Assembly (NCBI GenBank): GCA_963775525.1
Contig: CAVZJF010000040.1
Location: 4,697 to 68,696, forward strand
Direction: 5' to 3'
From: an uncultured Alphaproteobacteria bacterium
GTDB lineage: Bacteria; Pseudomonadota; Alphaproteobacteria; ATCC43930; CGMCC-115725
DNA: 64,000 nucleotides
The notes beneath the pieces were generated by a model, which made no database searches, was not told the origin of the DNA, and saw nothing but the letters and a program-made list of their open reading frames with translations. Made by a program: the position numbers and the translations under genes. This document shows positions 53,711-63,938 of this stretch, piece by piece (position 1 is the stretch's first letter; each line of letters starts with the position of its first letter).

Positions 53711-54913
53711 ATGACACCCCCCGACGCGGTTTCTCTCTCCGGCGACGACAGCGCCCTTCCGGACGACGAGCGGGCGGTGCTGGAGCGGGCGCGGCGGCTG
53801 ATCCCGCTTCTGGCCGAGCGCGCGGAGGAAGCGGCGGCGGCGCGGCAGGTGCCGGCGCAGACGATCGCCGAGTACCGCGCCGCCGGCATCCTGCGGATTT
53901 TGCAGCCCAAGCGGTTTGGCGGCATGCAGGGCCGGTTCAGCCTGTTCTCGCGGATCGTCGAGGAATTGACCTGGGGCTGCGCGTCCTCGGCCTGGGTCTA
54001 TGCGGTCTTGGCCGAGCACCAGTGGATCATCGCGCAATATCCCGAAGCGGCGCAAATCGACGTCTGGGGCGACGACGCGCAAGCGGTCGCCGCGTCCTCG
54101 CTGGCGCCGCGCGCCGCCGCCAAAGACGTGCCGGGCGGCTGGCGGCTGAGCGGGCGGTTCCCGTTTTCAAGCGGCTGCGACCATGCACAATGGGCGATCC
54201 TCGGCGCCTTTCTCGGCGAGGTCGGCGACCCGCGCCACATCGCCTATCTGCTGGTCCCGCTCGCCGAAATCGAGATCGTCGACGACTGGCGCACACTCGG
54301 CCTCGCCGGCACCGGCTCGAAGTCGCTGGTCGTGCGCGATGTGTTCGTGCCCGAGCACCGCGCGGTCATGGTCAGCGACCTCTTCGCCGGCACCCCGCCG
54401 GGAGCGCTGGTGCATCCCGACTATCCGGTATTGCGCGCGCCGCGCGGCTTTCTGGTGTCCTATTCGTTGCCGCCGGTCGCCATCGCGCTCGGCCGCCGCG
54501 CGCTCGCCGTCGCCTGCGCAGCGCTGGCCGGCCGGGTGTCGCGCGGCACCACCAAGGTGGCCGACTCCGAAATCGTGCAGATGGCGGTCGGCGAGGCCGC
54601 GGCCGCGATCGACGCCGCGACCTTGCTGCTCCACACCGGACGCGACACCAGCACCGCCGAGGTGTCGTCGGGCCGCAGGATCACCGAGGCCGAGGCGTTG
54701 CGCGCCCGCCGCGACATGGTCTACGCCCAGCACCAAATCGGCTGGGCGGTCGAGCGGCTGTGCGAAATGGACGGGGCCCGCTGGGTCTACGACAGCGACA
54801 CGCTGGGCATGATCCGCCGCGACGTGATGACGATCCTGACCCACCATGCGGCGAGCCGCTCGGCGGCGATGGCGCCTTACGGCCGCATGCTGCTCACCCA
54901 CGGCGCGCGCTGA
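53711..54913 (+). CDS. Acyl-CoA dehydrogenase-fold flavin-dependent monooxygenase (HsaA/DszC-like)
   Basis: Intact 400-aa ORF with the typical LIPLLAERAEEAAAARQVPAQTI...ILQPKRFGG...WRLSGRFPFSSG pattern. Confidence 0.7.
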   Translation: MTPPDAVSLSGDDSALPDDERAVLERARRLIPLLAERAEEAAAARQVPAQTIAEYRAAGILRILQPKRFGGMQGRFSLFSRIVEELTWGCASSAWVYAVLAEHQWIIAQYPEAAQIDVWGDDAQAVAASSLAPRAAAKDVPGGWRLSGRFPFSSGCDHAQWAILGAFLGEVGDPRHIAYLLVPLAEIEIVDDWRTLGLAGTGSKSLVVRDVFVPEHRAVMVSDLFAGTPPGALVHPDYPVLRAPRGFLVSYSLPPVAIALGRRALAVACAALAGRVSRGTTKVADSEIVQMAVGEAAAAIDAATLLLHTGRDTSTAEVSSGRRITEAEALRARRDMVYAQHQIGWAVERLCEMDGARWVYDSDTLGMIRRDVMTILTHHAASRSAAMAPYGRMLLTHGAR

Positions 54914-55045
54914 ACCCCACCGCCGCGCAATTCCCTTCGTTGCTCGAAAAACCCGCACCCGTCGCGAAATCTGTGACAGACTTGCGAGGTCCCGCGGGCA
55001 GCGTCGCGCGCCACTCGTGGGGTCATGCCGGAGACGGAGAAACAT

Positions 55046-56290
55046 ATGCAACTGATGTACTTCACCGAGCAGCCGATGTCGGCCTACCCGGCCCAGGAAG
55101 GTCTGGATTTCGGGGCGACGGCGCTGATGTTCTCCAACAAGTACTTCGACCCGGTCGCCGGCAGCCGGCTCTACAACGAATACCTCGAGCATTACATCTA
55201 TGCCGAGGAGATGGGCATCGAAGGCTTCATGCTGAACGAGCATCACAACGCGCCGTTCTGCATGCAGGCCAAGTGCAACATCTTTGCCGCGATCCTCGCC
55301 GCGGTGACCAAGGACGCCAAGATCATCCTGCTCGGCAACCCGCTGCCTTTGGCCGACAACCCGGTGCGGCTCGCCGAGGAATTGTCGATGATCGACATGA
55401 TCTCGCGGGGCCGGCTGGTCTCGGGCTTTGTCCGCGGCGGCGGACAGGAGCAGCTCGCGACCGGCGTCAGCCCGGCCTACAACCGCGAGCGCTTCGAGGA
55501 AGCGCACGACCTGGTCGTCGCCGCGTGGACGCGCGAGGGCCCGTTCCGCTGGGAGGGGACCCACTACCAGCACCGCGTCGTCAACCCGTGGGCGGTGCCG
55601 CTGCAAAAGCCGCATCCGCGGATTTGGATCCCCGGCGTCATCAGCCAGGAGACCATCATCTGGGCGGCGCAGCACGGCTATCCCTATATCGCGCTCAACA
55701 CCCCGATCGACCGCACCAAGCAGATCTGGCAGATCTACGACAACGTGGCGGTGCAGGCTGGGTTTACCCCCGGTCCCGATTACCACGGGCTGCTGAAGCA
55801 GATCCACGTCGCCGAGACCGAGGAAAAGGCGATCGAAAACGCCCGCCAGTTCCAGTGGATGCAGGGCGAGTTCACCGGTCTCGCTCATCCGGTGTGGAGC
55901 ACGCCCTCGGGCTACACCAGCCCGGACAACCGGCGCTCCTTTGTCGAGTTCGCCACCGGCCGGTCGAAAAACCCGCGCTACCGCCCGGCGCTCGAAAAAC
56001 AGCTCGAAGAGCTGATGATCATCGCCGGCACGCCAAAGCAGGTGATCGCCAAATTGCGCATCCTGCTCGAAGAGACGCGGCCCGGCATTCTCGGCATCTG
56101 GGGCAATGACGGCAACGTCAGCAACGAGGACGCCCGGACCTGCATCCGCCTGTTGGGACAGGAGGTGTTCCCGGCGGTGCGCGAGATGGCCAAGGAATTC
56201 GACCTCAAGAGCCCGTTCGAAACCAACCAGCCGGTCAGCGTCGACTACATGCGGGCGCCGAAGGAGCCGGTGCGCGCCGCCGCCGAATAG
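55046..56290 (+). CDS. Luciferase-like (LLM class) flavin-dependent oxidoreductase
   Basis: Intact ORF (the track starts at 55025) with EEMGIEGFMLNEHH...LAEELSMIDMISRGRLVSGFVRG typical of LLM enzymes. Confidence 0.75.
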   Translation: MQLMYFTEQPMSAYPAQEGLDFGATALMFSNKYFDPVAGSRLYNEYLEHYIYAEEMGIEGFMLNEHHNAPFCMQAKCNIFAAILAAVTKDAKIILLGNPLPLADNPVRLAEELSMIDMISRGRLVSGFVRGGGQEQLATGVSPAYNRERFEEAHDLVVAAWTREGPFRWEGTHYQHRVVNPWAVPLQKPHPRIWIPGVISQETIIWAAQHGYPYIALNTPIDRTKQIWQIYDNVAVQAGFTPGPDYHGLLKQIHVAETEEKAIENARQFQWMQGEFTGLAHPVWSTPSGYTSPDNRRSFVEFATGRSKNPRYRPALEKQLEELMIIAGTPKQVIAKLRILLEETRPGILGIWGNDGNVSNEDARTCIRLLGQEVFPAVREMAKEFDLKSPFETNQPVSVDYMRAPKEPVRAAAE

Positions 56291-56400
56291 GCAGCGGCCG
56301 GTCGCCGGCGGGTTTGCGGCGTGAAGCCTCGCCGGCGCCATCGCATCGCCGCCGGGCGTCGCCGTCGATCGCTTCCAGCGCAGCGCCCGCCGGATCGCAA

Positions 56401-56641
56401 TCAACTCAATTCGGGGTACAAGGCGGGCCGAGGGATCGCCAGGGCGATGCCGCCCTGGGCCAGCATCTCGTCGAGTTCTTCAATCCGCTGGTAGCCGACC
56501 GATAACTCGGCGTAGATAATATCGTTAATAACTAGGTCGTCAGATCGCGGCTGCGGCATTCAGTTGGCGCTGCGACCATTCGGCCCAAACCGGGTCATCT
56601 CCGACGACATCCAAAAGTACGTTGGTGTCGGCAAGGATCAT
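56401..56641 (-). pseudogene. vapC: PIN-domain toxin VapC remnant (N-terminal ~80 aa, frameshifted, C-terminus missing)
   Basis: MILADTNVLLDVVGDDPVWAEWSQRQLNAAAA shifts to SDDLVINDIIYAELSVGYQRIEELDEMLAQGGIALAIPRPA, then a stop at 56401. Too little room remains before the convergent LLM gene for a full PIN domain. Confidence 0.55.
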
Positions 56642-56870
56642 TCGTCGTCGCCGCGCAACAGCCGCATGAACTCGTCGGTCGTCATTCCGAATTTGGCGCT
56701 GCCGACGGAGGCATCAAATCGCCCGATTCCTGCTTCGCTTTCTGGCCCTCAGAACGACTTCGCCCATCCTCGGCCAGCGCGAAATCGACCATCGAGCCGG
56801 GCTTGAGGCCGAGATGATCGCGCAACCGCTTTGGGATCGTCACCTGACCCTTCGCCGTCATCCTGCTCAT
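56638..56870 (-). pseudogene. vapB: AbrB/SpoVT-type antitoxin VapB, 2 frame breaks
   Basis: MSRMTAKGQVTIPKRLRDHLGLKPGSMVDFALAEDG continues as EVVLRARKRS, then IGRFDASVGSAKFGMTTDEFMRLLRGDDE. The stop overlaps the vapC ATG (ATGA). Confidence 0.6.
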
Positions 56871-56955
56871 TTTACGCCCCGTAATACCTAATCCGTCTAT
56901 TGTAATACATAGCTCGAATTTGCCGGTTGTACCAGGATAGCGAGGGTAGTATGGC

Positions 56956-58965
56956 GTGCCTGGGAGTAATGGTGTGCTCGTAGAGATCGGCCATTTCGCG
57001 CTCGTCCTGGCCCTCCTGGTGGCGGCGGTGCAGGGGACCTTGCCGCTGGTTGGCGCGGCGGCGCGCAACCGGGCATTGATGGACCTGGCAAGGCCGGCGG
57101 CATTGCTTCAATTCGGCCTGGTGGCGTCTTCCTTTGGCGTCTTTATCCACGCCCATATCGTCTCCGATTTCTCGGTGCTCAACGTCTTCGAGAATTCGAG
57201 CCTGTCAAAGCCGATGCTCTACAAGGTCACCGGCGCCTGGGGCAGCCACGAAGGCTCGATGATGCTGTGGGTCTTCATGCTGGCATTGTTCGGCGGGCTC
57301 GTCGCATCTTTCGGCCGGCCGCTGCCGGCAAGCCTGCGGGCCCGCACGCTGGCGATCCAGGGCTTGCTCGGCTTCGGCACGCTGCTGTTCATCATCGCCA
57401 CCTCGGACCCGTTCGCGCGGCTGTTCCCGGTGCCAGGCGACGGCCGCGACCTGAACCCGCTGCTGCAGGACCCGGGGCTCGCCTTTCACCCGCCGTTTTT
57501 GTATTTCGGCTATGTCGGGTTTTCGATCACCTACTCGTTCGCGATCGCGGCCTTGATCGAGGGGCGGGTCGACGCGGTCTGGGCGCGCTGGGTGCGGCCT
57601 TGGGCGTTGACCGCGTGGTGCGGGCTGACCATCGGCGTCGCGATGGGCAGCTGGTGGGCCTATTACGTGCTCGGCTGGGGCGGCTGGTGGGCCTGGGACC
57701 CGGTCGAAAACGCCTCGTTCATGCCGTGGCTTCTGGGCACCGCGCTGCTGCACTGCGCCGCCGTCGTCGAAAAGCGCGAGGCCCTGCAGCGCTGGACCTT
57801 GCTGCTCGCGATCATGACCTTCGGCATGAGCCTGATCGGCACCTTCCTGGTGCGCTCGGGGGTGCTGACCTCGGTCCATTCTTTCGCGGTCGACCCGACC
57901 CGCGGCGTCTTCATCCTGATGCTGATCGGGATCGTGATCGGCGGCGGCCTGCTCCTCTATGCGTGGCGCGCGCCGGGCCTCGCCGCCGGCAACCCGTTCG
58001 CGCCGGTCAGCCGCGAAGGCGCTCTCGTCCTCAACAACCTGCTGCTCGCGGCCGGCATGGCGACGGTGTTTCTCGGCACCTTCTACCCGCTCTTCGCCGA
58101 GGTGTGGAGCGGGGTCAAGCTGTCGGTCGGCCCGCAATATTTCGATGCGACCTTTGTCCCGATCCTGGCGCCGGCCGTCGTCGCGATGACGATCGGGCCG
58201 GTCCTCGCCTGGCGGCGCGGCAATCTCGCGGCGGCGTTGCGCCGGCTGCTGCCGGCGCTGATCGGCGCGATGCTGGCGCCGCTGGTCGTGTTCTATTTCA
58301 ATCGCGACGCCTCTGCGGCGGCGCTCGGCGGCGTCGCACTCGCGGTGTGGGCGACGCTCGGCGTGGTTGCCGACCTCGCCGACCGCGTCGGCGCCGCGAA
58401 ATTGCCGGCCGCCAGCGTATTGCGCCGGCTGCGCCATCTGCCGCGCGGCACCTGGGGTTACGCGATCGCCCATTTCGGCGTCGGCGTGCTGGTCGCCGGC
58501 GTCACCGTTTCGACCGCGTGGCGCAGCGAGCGCATCGAGACGGTGCATGCGGGCGACAATCTACAGATCGCCGGCCGCACCCTGCATTTTGTCGGCGTCA
58601 CCGAGGGCAGCGTCGAGAATTACGACGTTCAGCGCGCCGAGATCGTCGTCGAGCGGCCAGGCAGCCTGCCTTTCACGGTCTATCCCGAGCGCCGCTGGTA
58701 TCCGATCGCAGGCAGCTCGACGACCAACACCTCGATCACCACCAACGGTTTTGGCGACCTCTACCTGGCGCTCGGCGAGGGCGACGGAAACGGCGGCTGG
58801 GTTTTGCGCGCCTATTACAACCCGCTCGTCCCGTGGATCTGGTTCGGCGCCATCCTCGCCGCGCTCGGCGGCATGGTCTCGCTCAGCGACCGGCGGTCGC
58901 GGGTGCGCGCGCCGGCGGCCGGCGGCCTGCCGGCGATCGCGGTGCGGCCAGCGGATCACGGATGA
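56956..58965 (+). CDS. ccmF: Cytochrome c-type biogenesis haem lyase subunit CcmF
   Basis: Intact 669-aa multi-span ORF with the WGSHEGSMMLW and WWAWDPVENASFMPWL tryptophan-rich motifs. An alternative GTG start lies at 56974. Confidence 0.9.
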   Translation: MPGSNGVLVEIGHFALVLALLVAAVQGTLPLVGAAARNRALMDLARPAALLQFGLVASSFGVFIHAHIVSDFSVLNVFENSSLSKPMLYKVTGAWGSHEGSMMLWVFMLALFGGLVASFGRPLPASLRARTLAIQGLLGFGTLLFIIATSDPFARLFPVPGDGRDLNPLLQDPGLAFHPPFLYFGYVGFSITYSFAIAALIEGRVDAVWARWVRPWALTAWCGLTIGVAMGSWWAYYVLGWGGWWAWDPVENASFMPWLLGTALLHCAAVVEKREALQRWTLLLAIMTFGMSLIGTFLVRSGVLTSVHSFAVDPTRGVFILMLIGIVIGGGLLLYAWRAPGLAAGNPFAPVSREGALVLNNLLLAAGMATVFLGTFYPLFAEVWSGVKLSVGPQYFDATFVPILAPAVVAMTIGPVLAWRRGNLAAALRRLLPALIGAMLAPLVVFYFNRDASAAALGGVALAVWATLGVVADLADRVGAAKLPAASVLRRLRHLPRGTWGYAIAHFGVGVLVAGVTVSTAWRSERIETVHAGDNLQIAGRTLHFVGVTEGSVENYDVQRAEIVVERPGSLPFTVYPERRWYPIAGSSTTNTSITTNGFGDLYLALGEGDGNGGWVLRAYYNPLVPWIWFGAILAALGGMVSLSDRRSRVRAPAAGGLPAIAVRPADHG

Positions 58966-59432
58966 TCTGCCGCCTGCTCGTCGTGGCGGCGCTGTTGATC
59001 GCCGTCGGCGGCCGGGCCGGCTGGGCGGTCGAGCCGTCCGAGCGGTTGGCTGATCCGGCGCTGGAGGCGCGCGCCCGCGTCATCAGCCAGGAATTGCGCT
59101 GCCTCGTCTGCCAGAACGAGTCGATCGACGAGTCGAACGCCGCGCTCGCCCATGACCTGCGTCTGTTGGTGCGCAAGCGGCTGGTCGCCGGCGACAGCGA
59201 CCGGCAGGTGCTGAATTACATCGTCGCGCGCTACGGCGTCTTTGTGTTGCTCGACCCGCCATTCGAGCCGGCGACCTGGCTGTTGTGGCTGGGACCGCCG
59301 GCGCTGGTGCTGGGGACGGGCGCGGCATTGCTGCTGCGGGCGCGGCGGCGGCACGGCGCCGGCCCGCCGCCGCCCGAGCTGACACCCGAGGAAAGCGACC
59401 GCGCCGCGGCGTTGCTCGGCGAGCGCGCATGA
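58962..59432 (+). CDS. ccmH: Cytochrome c-type biogenesis protein CcmH (CycL)
   Basis: The ATG overlaps the ccmF stop. LRCLVCQNESIDESNAALAHDLR motif and one C-terminal transmembrane segment. It is read from the tail of track ORF 57267-59432. Confidence 0.85.
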   Translation: MICRLLVVAALLIAVGGRAGWAVEPSERLADPALEARARVISQELRCLVCQNESIDESNAALAHDLRLLVRKRLVAGDSDRQVLNYIVARYGVFVLLDPPFEPATWLLWLGPPALVLGTGAALLLRARRRHGAGPPPPELTPEESDRAAALLGERA

Positions 59433-60979
59433 TCTGGTTCCTGGTCGTCGCCGGGTTGCTGACCGTCGCCGCCCTTGCCGTGCTGCTGCGGCCGCTCGTC
59501 CGCCAGCCCGGCGTCGACGACGCGGGGGAAGCGCCGAGCCGGCCGCCGCGTTGTTTCGCCGCCAGCTTGCCGCGATCGACGAGGAGCTGGCCGAAGGCCG
59601 GCTGGCTCCGGAAGAGGCCGCGACGGCGCGCACCGAGATCACCCGGCGGCTGCTCGATGGCGGCCGATCGGGAAGCGGCGAAGCCGTAGCCGCGACCGGT
59701 CGCGCCGCGGCGATCCCGTGGCGGTTCGGCGCCGCGGTAACGATCGCCGGACTGCTGCCGGCGGCGGCGATGGCCGTCTATTTTACCGTCGGCCGGCCCG
59801 CGGCGATCGACCGGACCGCCGGCGCCGACCCCGCCGCAGCCCCGCACGGCGCCGCCGAGCTTGCCGCCGCCGCCGACCGCATCAAGGAGCATCTCGCCAA
59901 GGAGCCCGCCGACCTCGAGGGTTGGACCCTGCTCGGCCGCACCTCGGCCTCGCTCGACCGCTTTCCCGAAGCGCTCGACGCCTACAATCACGCCATCGCC
60001 CTGGCGCCCGACAACGCCAGTCTGCATGCCGAGTTCGGCGAGGTGCTGGTGCTTCAAGGCCAGGGCACGGTGACGCCGTCGGCCGAGGCCGAGTTCGCCA
60101 AGGCGCCCGATGACCCGCGCTCGCGCTATTACGGCGGCCGAGGCGGCGTTGCAGCATGGCGATCGCCGCCGCCGCCAGGCAGAAATTGCAGGCCCTGCTG
60201 GCGGATGCGCCGGCGGACGCGCCGTGGCGCCAGACCGTTGCCGACCGCCTGGCGGAGCTGTCGTCGAACCGCGAGCACGGCGGCTTCCGCGGCACCTCGC
60301 CGGCCGCCGGCCCGACCGCGCAGGACGTAGCCGCCGCGCAATCGATGACCCCGGAGCAGCGCCAGGCGATGATCCGCGGCATGGTCGAGCGGCTGGCGCA
60401 ACGGCTGGAACAGCACCCCGACGACAAGGCCGGGTGGGAGCGGCTCGCCCGCGCCTATGACGTGCTGGGCGAAACCGACAAGGCGCAGTCCGCCCGGGCG
60501 CATGCCGCGGCGGCGGGAGATGCCGACGCCACCGGCAGCAGCGTCTGCCGCCCGCGGCGGCTGCCTCTGGGACGTCTGCCTCTGGGGCGGCCGCGTCAGC
60601 CGGCGAGAGCGATCCCGAGGGATGGGTCGATCGCGCCCGTGGTCTTGAAGGGCAGGGCCGCACCGCGGACGCGCTCGCCGCGCTGAAGCAGGGGAATGCC
60701 GCCTTTCCCGGTAATCTGCCGTTGCTCGAGGCCTATATGAACGCGCTCGCCGGCGGCCTCAAAGACGACAAGCTGACCCCGGAATTCGTCGCGGTGGCGA
60801 CCCAGGTCAACGCCCTCGACGCCAAGCAGCCGGCGGCGCTGTGGTATCTCGGGCTCGCCGCCGCCCAGAACGGCGACCGCTATCGCGCCGCGGCCTACTG
60901 GACGAAACTGCTCGCCGAGCTGCCGCCGAGCGACGCCCAGCGCGCCCTGGTGCAGCGCCGGCTCGACGCGCTGCGCTGA
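59429..60979 (+). pseudogene. ccmI: Cytochrome c-type biogenesis protein CcmI (CycH), TPR-containing; at least 4 frame breaks
   Basis: MIWFLVVAGLLTVAALAVLLRPL continues as LFRRQLAAIDEELAEGRL..., AAEAALQHGD, ARQKLQALLADAPADAPWRQ..., and LEGQGRTADALAALK...QRRLDALR. Breaks are near 59550, 60133 and 60163, plus one at 60520-60600. Confidence 0.75.
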
Positions 60980-61033
60980 CCGCGCCGGCATCGGCGCGCA
61001 GGCGACGGCGCGACGGTCGAGGGCGGGCGGACG

Positions 61034-62042
61034 ATGTCCCTGCCGCCGGGATTGTGCCTCGTCACCGGAGCGACCGGGTTTGTCGGCTCGGCGGTCGCGC
61101 GCGCGTTGCTGCAGCGCCGGCCGTCGCGGTGCGGGTCTTGGCGCGGCCCGGCGGCGACCGCCGCAACCTCGCCGGCCTGTCGGTCGAAATCGCGGCCGGG
61201 GCGATGGAGGACGCGGCCTCGCTCGCCCGCGCCGTCGCCGGCTGCCGCTACCTGTTTCATGTCGCGGCCGACTACCGGCTGTGGGTCCCCGACCCGGCGG
61301 CGATGTACCGCGCCAATGTCGAGGGCACCCGCGCGCTGATGCTGGCGGCACTCGCCGCCGGTGTCGAGCGGGTCGTCTACACCAGCAGCGTCGCCACCCT
61401 CGGCCTCGTCGCCGGCGGTTCGGCCGACGAAGACGACGCCGAGCCGGCTCGACGACATGATCGGACCCTACAAGCGCTCGAAATTCCATCGCCGAGGAAG
61501 TGGTCCGCGCGCTGGTCGCCGAGCGCGGGCTGCCGGCGGTGATCGTCAACCCGTCGACCCCGGTCGGCCCCGGCGACCTGAAGCCGACGCCGACCGGGCG
61601 GCTGATCCTCGAAGCCGCAAAGGGCCATATGCCGGGTTATGTCGACACCGGGCTCAACGTCGTCCATGTCGACGACGTCGCTGCCGGCGAATTGATGGCG
61701 GCGGAGCGGGGCCGGGTCGGCGAGCGCTACATCCTCGGCGGCGAAAACCTGTCGCTGGCCGCGATCCTGGCCGAGGTCGCGCACGCCGCCGGCAAGCGGC
61801 CGCCGCGTCTAAAAGTGCCGTACCCGGTCGCGTTTGCCGCGGCGGCGGTCGGCGCCGCGACGGCGCGGGTCACCGGCCGCGAGCCGTTCACGACCCTCGA
61901 CGGTGTGCGCATGTCGAAGAAGAAGATGTATTTCTCGTCGGCCAAGGCTGCGCGCGAGCTGGGCTACCACCCGCGGCCGGCGCGCGACGCCATCGCCGAC
62001 GCCGTCGCCTGGTTCGCCGCCAACGGCTATCTGAAGGCTTGA
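61034..62042 (+). pseudogene. NAD-dependent epimerase/dehydratase, HpnA-like (hopanoid-associated sugar epimerase type); 3 frame breaks
   Basis: VTGATGFVGSAVARALL continues as VRVLARPGGDRRNLAGL...YTSSVATLG, then LDDMIGPYKRSKF, then AEEVVRALVAERGLPAVIVNPSTPVGPGD...MSKKKMYFSSAKAARELGY. Breaks are near 61120, 61447 and 61490. Confidence 0.65.
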
Positions 62043-62098
62043 ATTATGGGGTGCAGTAATTTTCGTCGTTCCAGAGCCGATTCCAATCGACATAGACC

Positions 62099-62140
62099 CG
62101 TCGTCCCCGCGAAAGCGGGGACCCAGAGCCCGCCCCTGGC
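62099..62140. repeat. REP family A copy
   Basis: CGTCGTCCCCGCGAAAGCGGGGACCCAGAGCC is related to the 5586 and 45472 copies. Confidence 0.65.
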
Positions 62141-62259
62141 TTGAACAAGGGGCCAGTCCCTGCGTCCCGCTTTGGCGCACGGGGTGACGAGGAGGGAGCA
62201 AATGGGCTTGCCGTCAATCGGGCTCTGGTCCGCGCGGGAAATCGGAAGCCCGTTCTGAC

Positions 62260-63108
62260 ATGCCGACCGTTCTTTCGGTCCAATCCTGGGTCGCCTGCGG
62301 CAATGTCGGCAATTGCGCGGCGCTGTTCCCGTTGCAGCGGCTGGGGATCGAGACCTGGTCGCTGAACACCGTCGCGTTCTCAAACCACACCGGCTACGGC
62401 AAATGGCGCGGCGCTGCGGTGCCGGCGAGCGAAATCGCGCGGCTTGTTCGAGGGCATCGCCGAATTGGGCGTGTTGCCGCGCTGCGACGCGGTGCTGTCG
62501 GGCTATCTCGGCGACGCCGAGGTCGGGCCGGTACTGCTCGACATCGTCGCCCGGGTCAAGCAGGCCAACCCGCGGGCGCTCTATTGCTGCGATCCGGTCA
62601 TGGGCGATGTTCGGCCCGGGCTGGTATGTCCGCGCCGGCATCCCCGAATGGTATCGCGACCAGGCGCTCGCCGTCGCCGACATCGCCACCCCCAACCGCT
62701 TCGAGCTCGAATGGCTGACCGGCAGCCGGATCGGGACGCATGGCGGAGGCCGCCGGCCGCCGCCGCAGGCGCTGCGCCGGCGCGGACCCGGCATCGTTCT
62801 CGTCACCAGCCTGGAGGCCGGACCGGATCGGGTCGCGGTGCTCGCCGCCGGACCCGACGGGGTGTGGGCGGTCGAGACGCCGCGCCTGGCGATCGAGGCG
62901 ACCGGCTGCGGCGACGCGATGGCGGCGTTGTTTCTCGGCTGGCTGCTCAAGGAAAAGCCGTTGCCCGAGGCGCTGGCGCTCGACCGTCGCCGCGATCTGG
63001 GGCGTGGTCGAGGCGACGGTCGCGGCCGGCGGCGGCGAGCTGGCGCTGATCGCGGCGCAGGACGAGCTGGTGGCGCCGAGCCGCAAGATCACCCCGCGGA
63101 AATTGTGA
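62260..63108 (+). pseudogene. pdxY: Pyridoxal kinase PdxY; at least 3-4 frame breaks
   Basis: [48 protein letters not shown] continues as [23 protein letters not shown]...CCDPVMGD, then [35 protein letters not shown]...[12 protein letters not shown], then [26 protein letters not shown]. Breaks are near 62441, 62608 and 62981. Confidence 0.8.
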
Positions 63109-63121
63109 AATCGAAAGGAGC

Positions 63122-63151
63122 AAGACATGGAAACGCAAGACATGGAAACGC
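63122..63151 (+). repeat. Perfect 15-bp tandem duplication (AAGACATGGAAACGC x2) spanning a start codon
   Basis: Read directly. It creates METQDMET at the head of the SDR ORF. Confidence 0.9.
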
Positions 63152-63938
63152 CGGGCAAAAATCGCCGTCGTCACCGGGGCCGGGCAGCGGCATCGGCCGA
63201 GCCTCGGCATTGGCGCTGGTCGAGGCCGGGTTCACCGCGGTGTTGGCCGGCCGCCGCCGCGAGATGCTCGAGGAAACCGCGGCGCTGGCCGAGCTGCCCA
63301 GGCGGTCGCCAAGCAGCCTCGCGGCGCGCAGGGGACGCCGCGCACCTTGGTCGTGCCGACCGACGTCTCCGACCCGGCGGCGATCGCGGCTTTGTTCGAC
63401 ACGGTCAAGCAGACCTACGGCCGCATCGACCTGCTGTTCAACAACGCCGGGATCAGCACCCGCGGCATCCCGTTCGAGGAGCTGACCTACGAGCAGTGGG
63501 CCAATGTCGTCGCGGTCAATTTGACCGGCTCGTTTCTGTGCGCGCAGCACGCCTTTCGCATGATGAAGGCGCAGGACCCGCAGGGCGGGCGGATCATCAA
63601 CAACGGCTCGGTGTCGGCGCATGTGCCGCGCCGCAACTCGACGCCCTATGTCGCGACCAAGCACGCGCTGACCGGGCTCACCCGCTCGCTGTCGCTCGAC
63701 GGGCGCGAATACGACATCGCCTGCGGCCAGATCGACATCGGCAACGCCGCGACGACGCCGCAACGAGGACACCGCGCGCGGCCGCTTGCAGGCGACCGGG
63801 CGGGTCGAGGCCGAGGCGCGCATCGATGTCGAGCATGTCGCCCGCGGCGTCGTCTACATGGCGACATTGCCGCTCGAAGCCAACGTCCAGTTCATGACGG
63901 TAATGGCGACAAAGATGCCGTATATCGGCCGCGGCTGA
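63127..63938 (+). pseudogene. Short-chain dehydrogenase/reductase (SDR); about 5 frame breaks
   Basis: IAVVTGAG / [24 protein letters not shown] continues as [36 protein letters not shown]...[19 protein letters not shown], then [39 protein letters not shown]. It is stitched from three frames. Confidence 0.75.
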
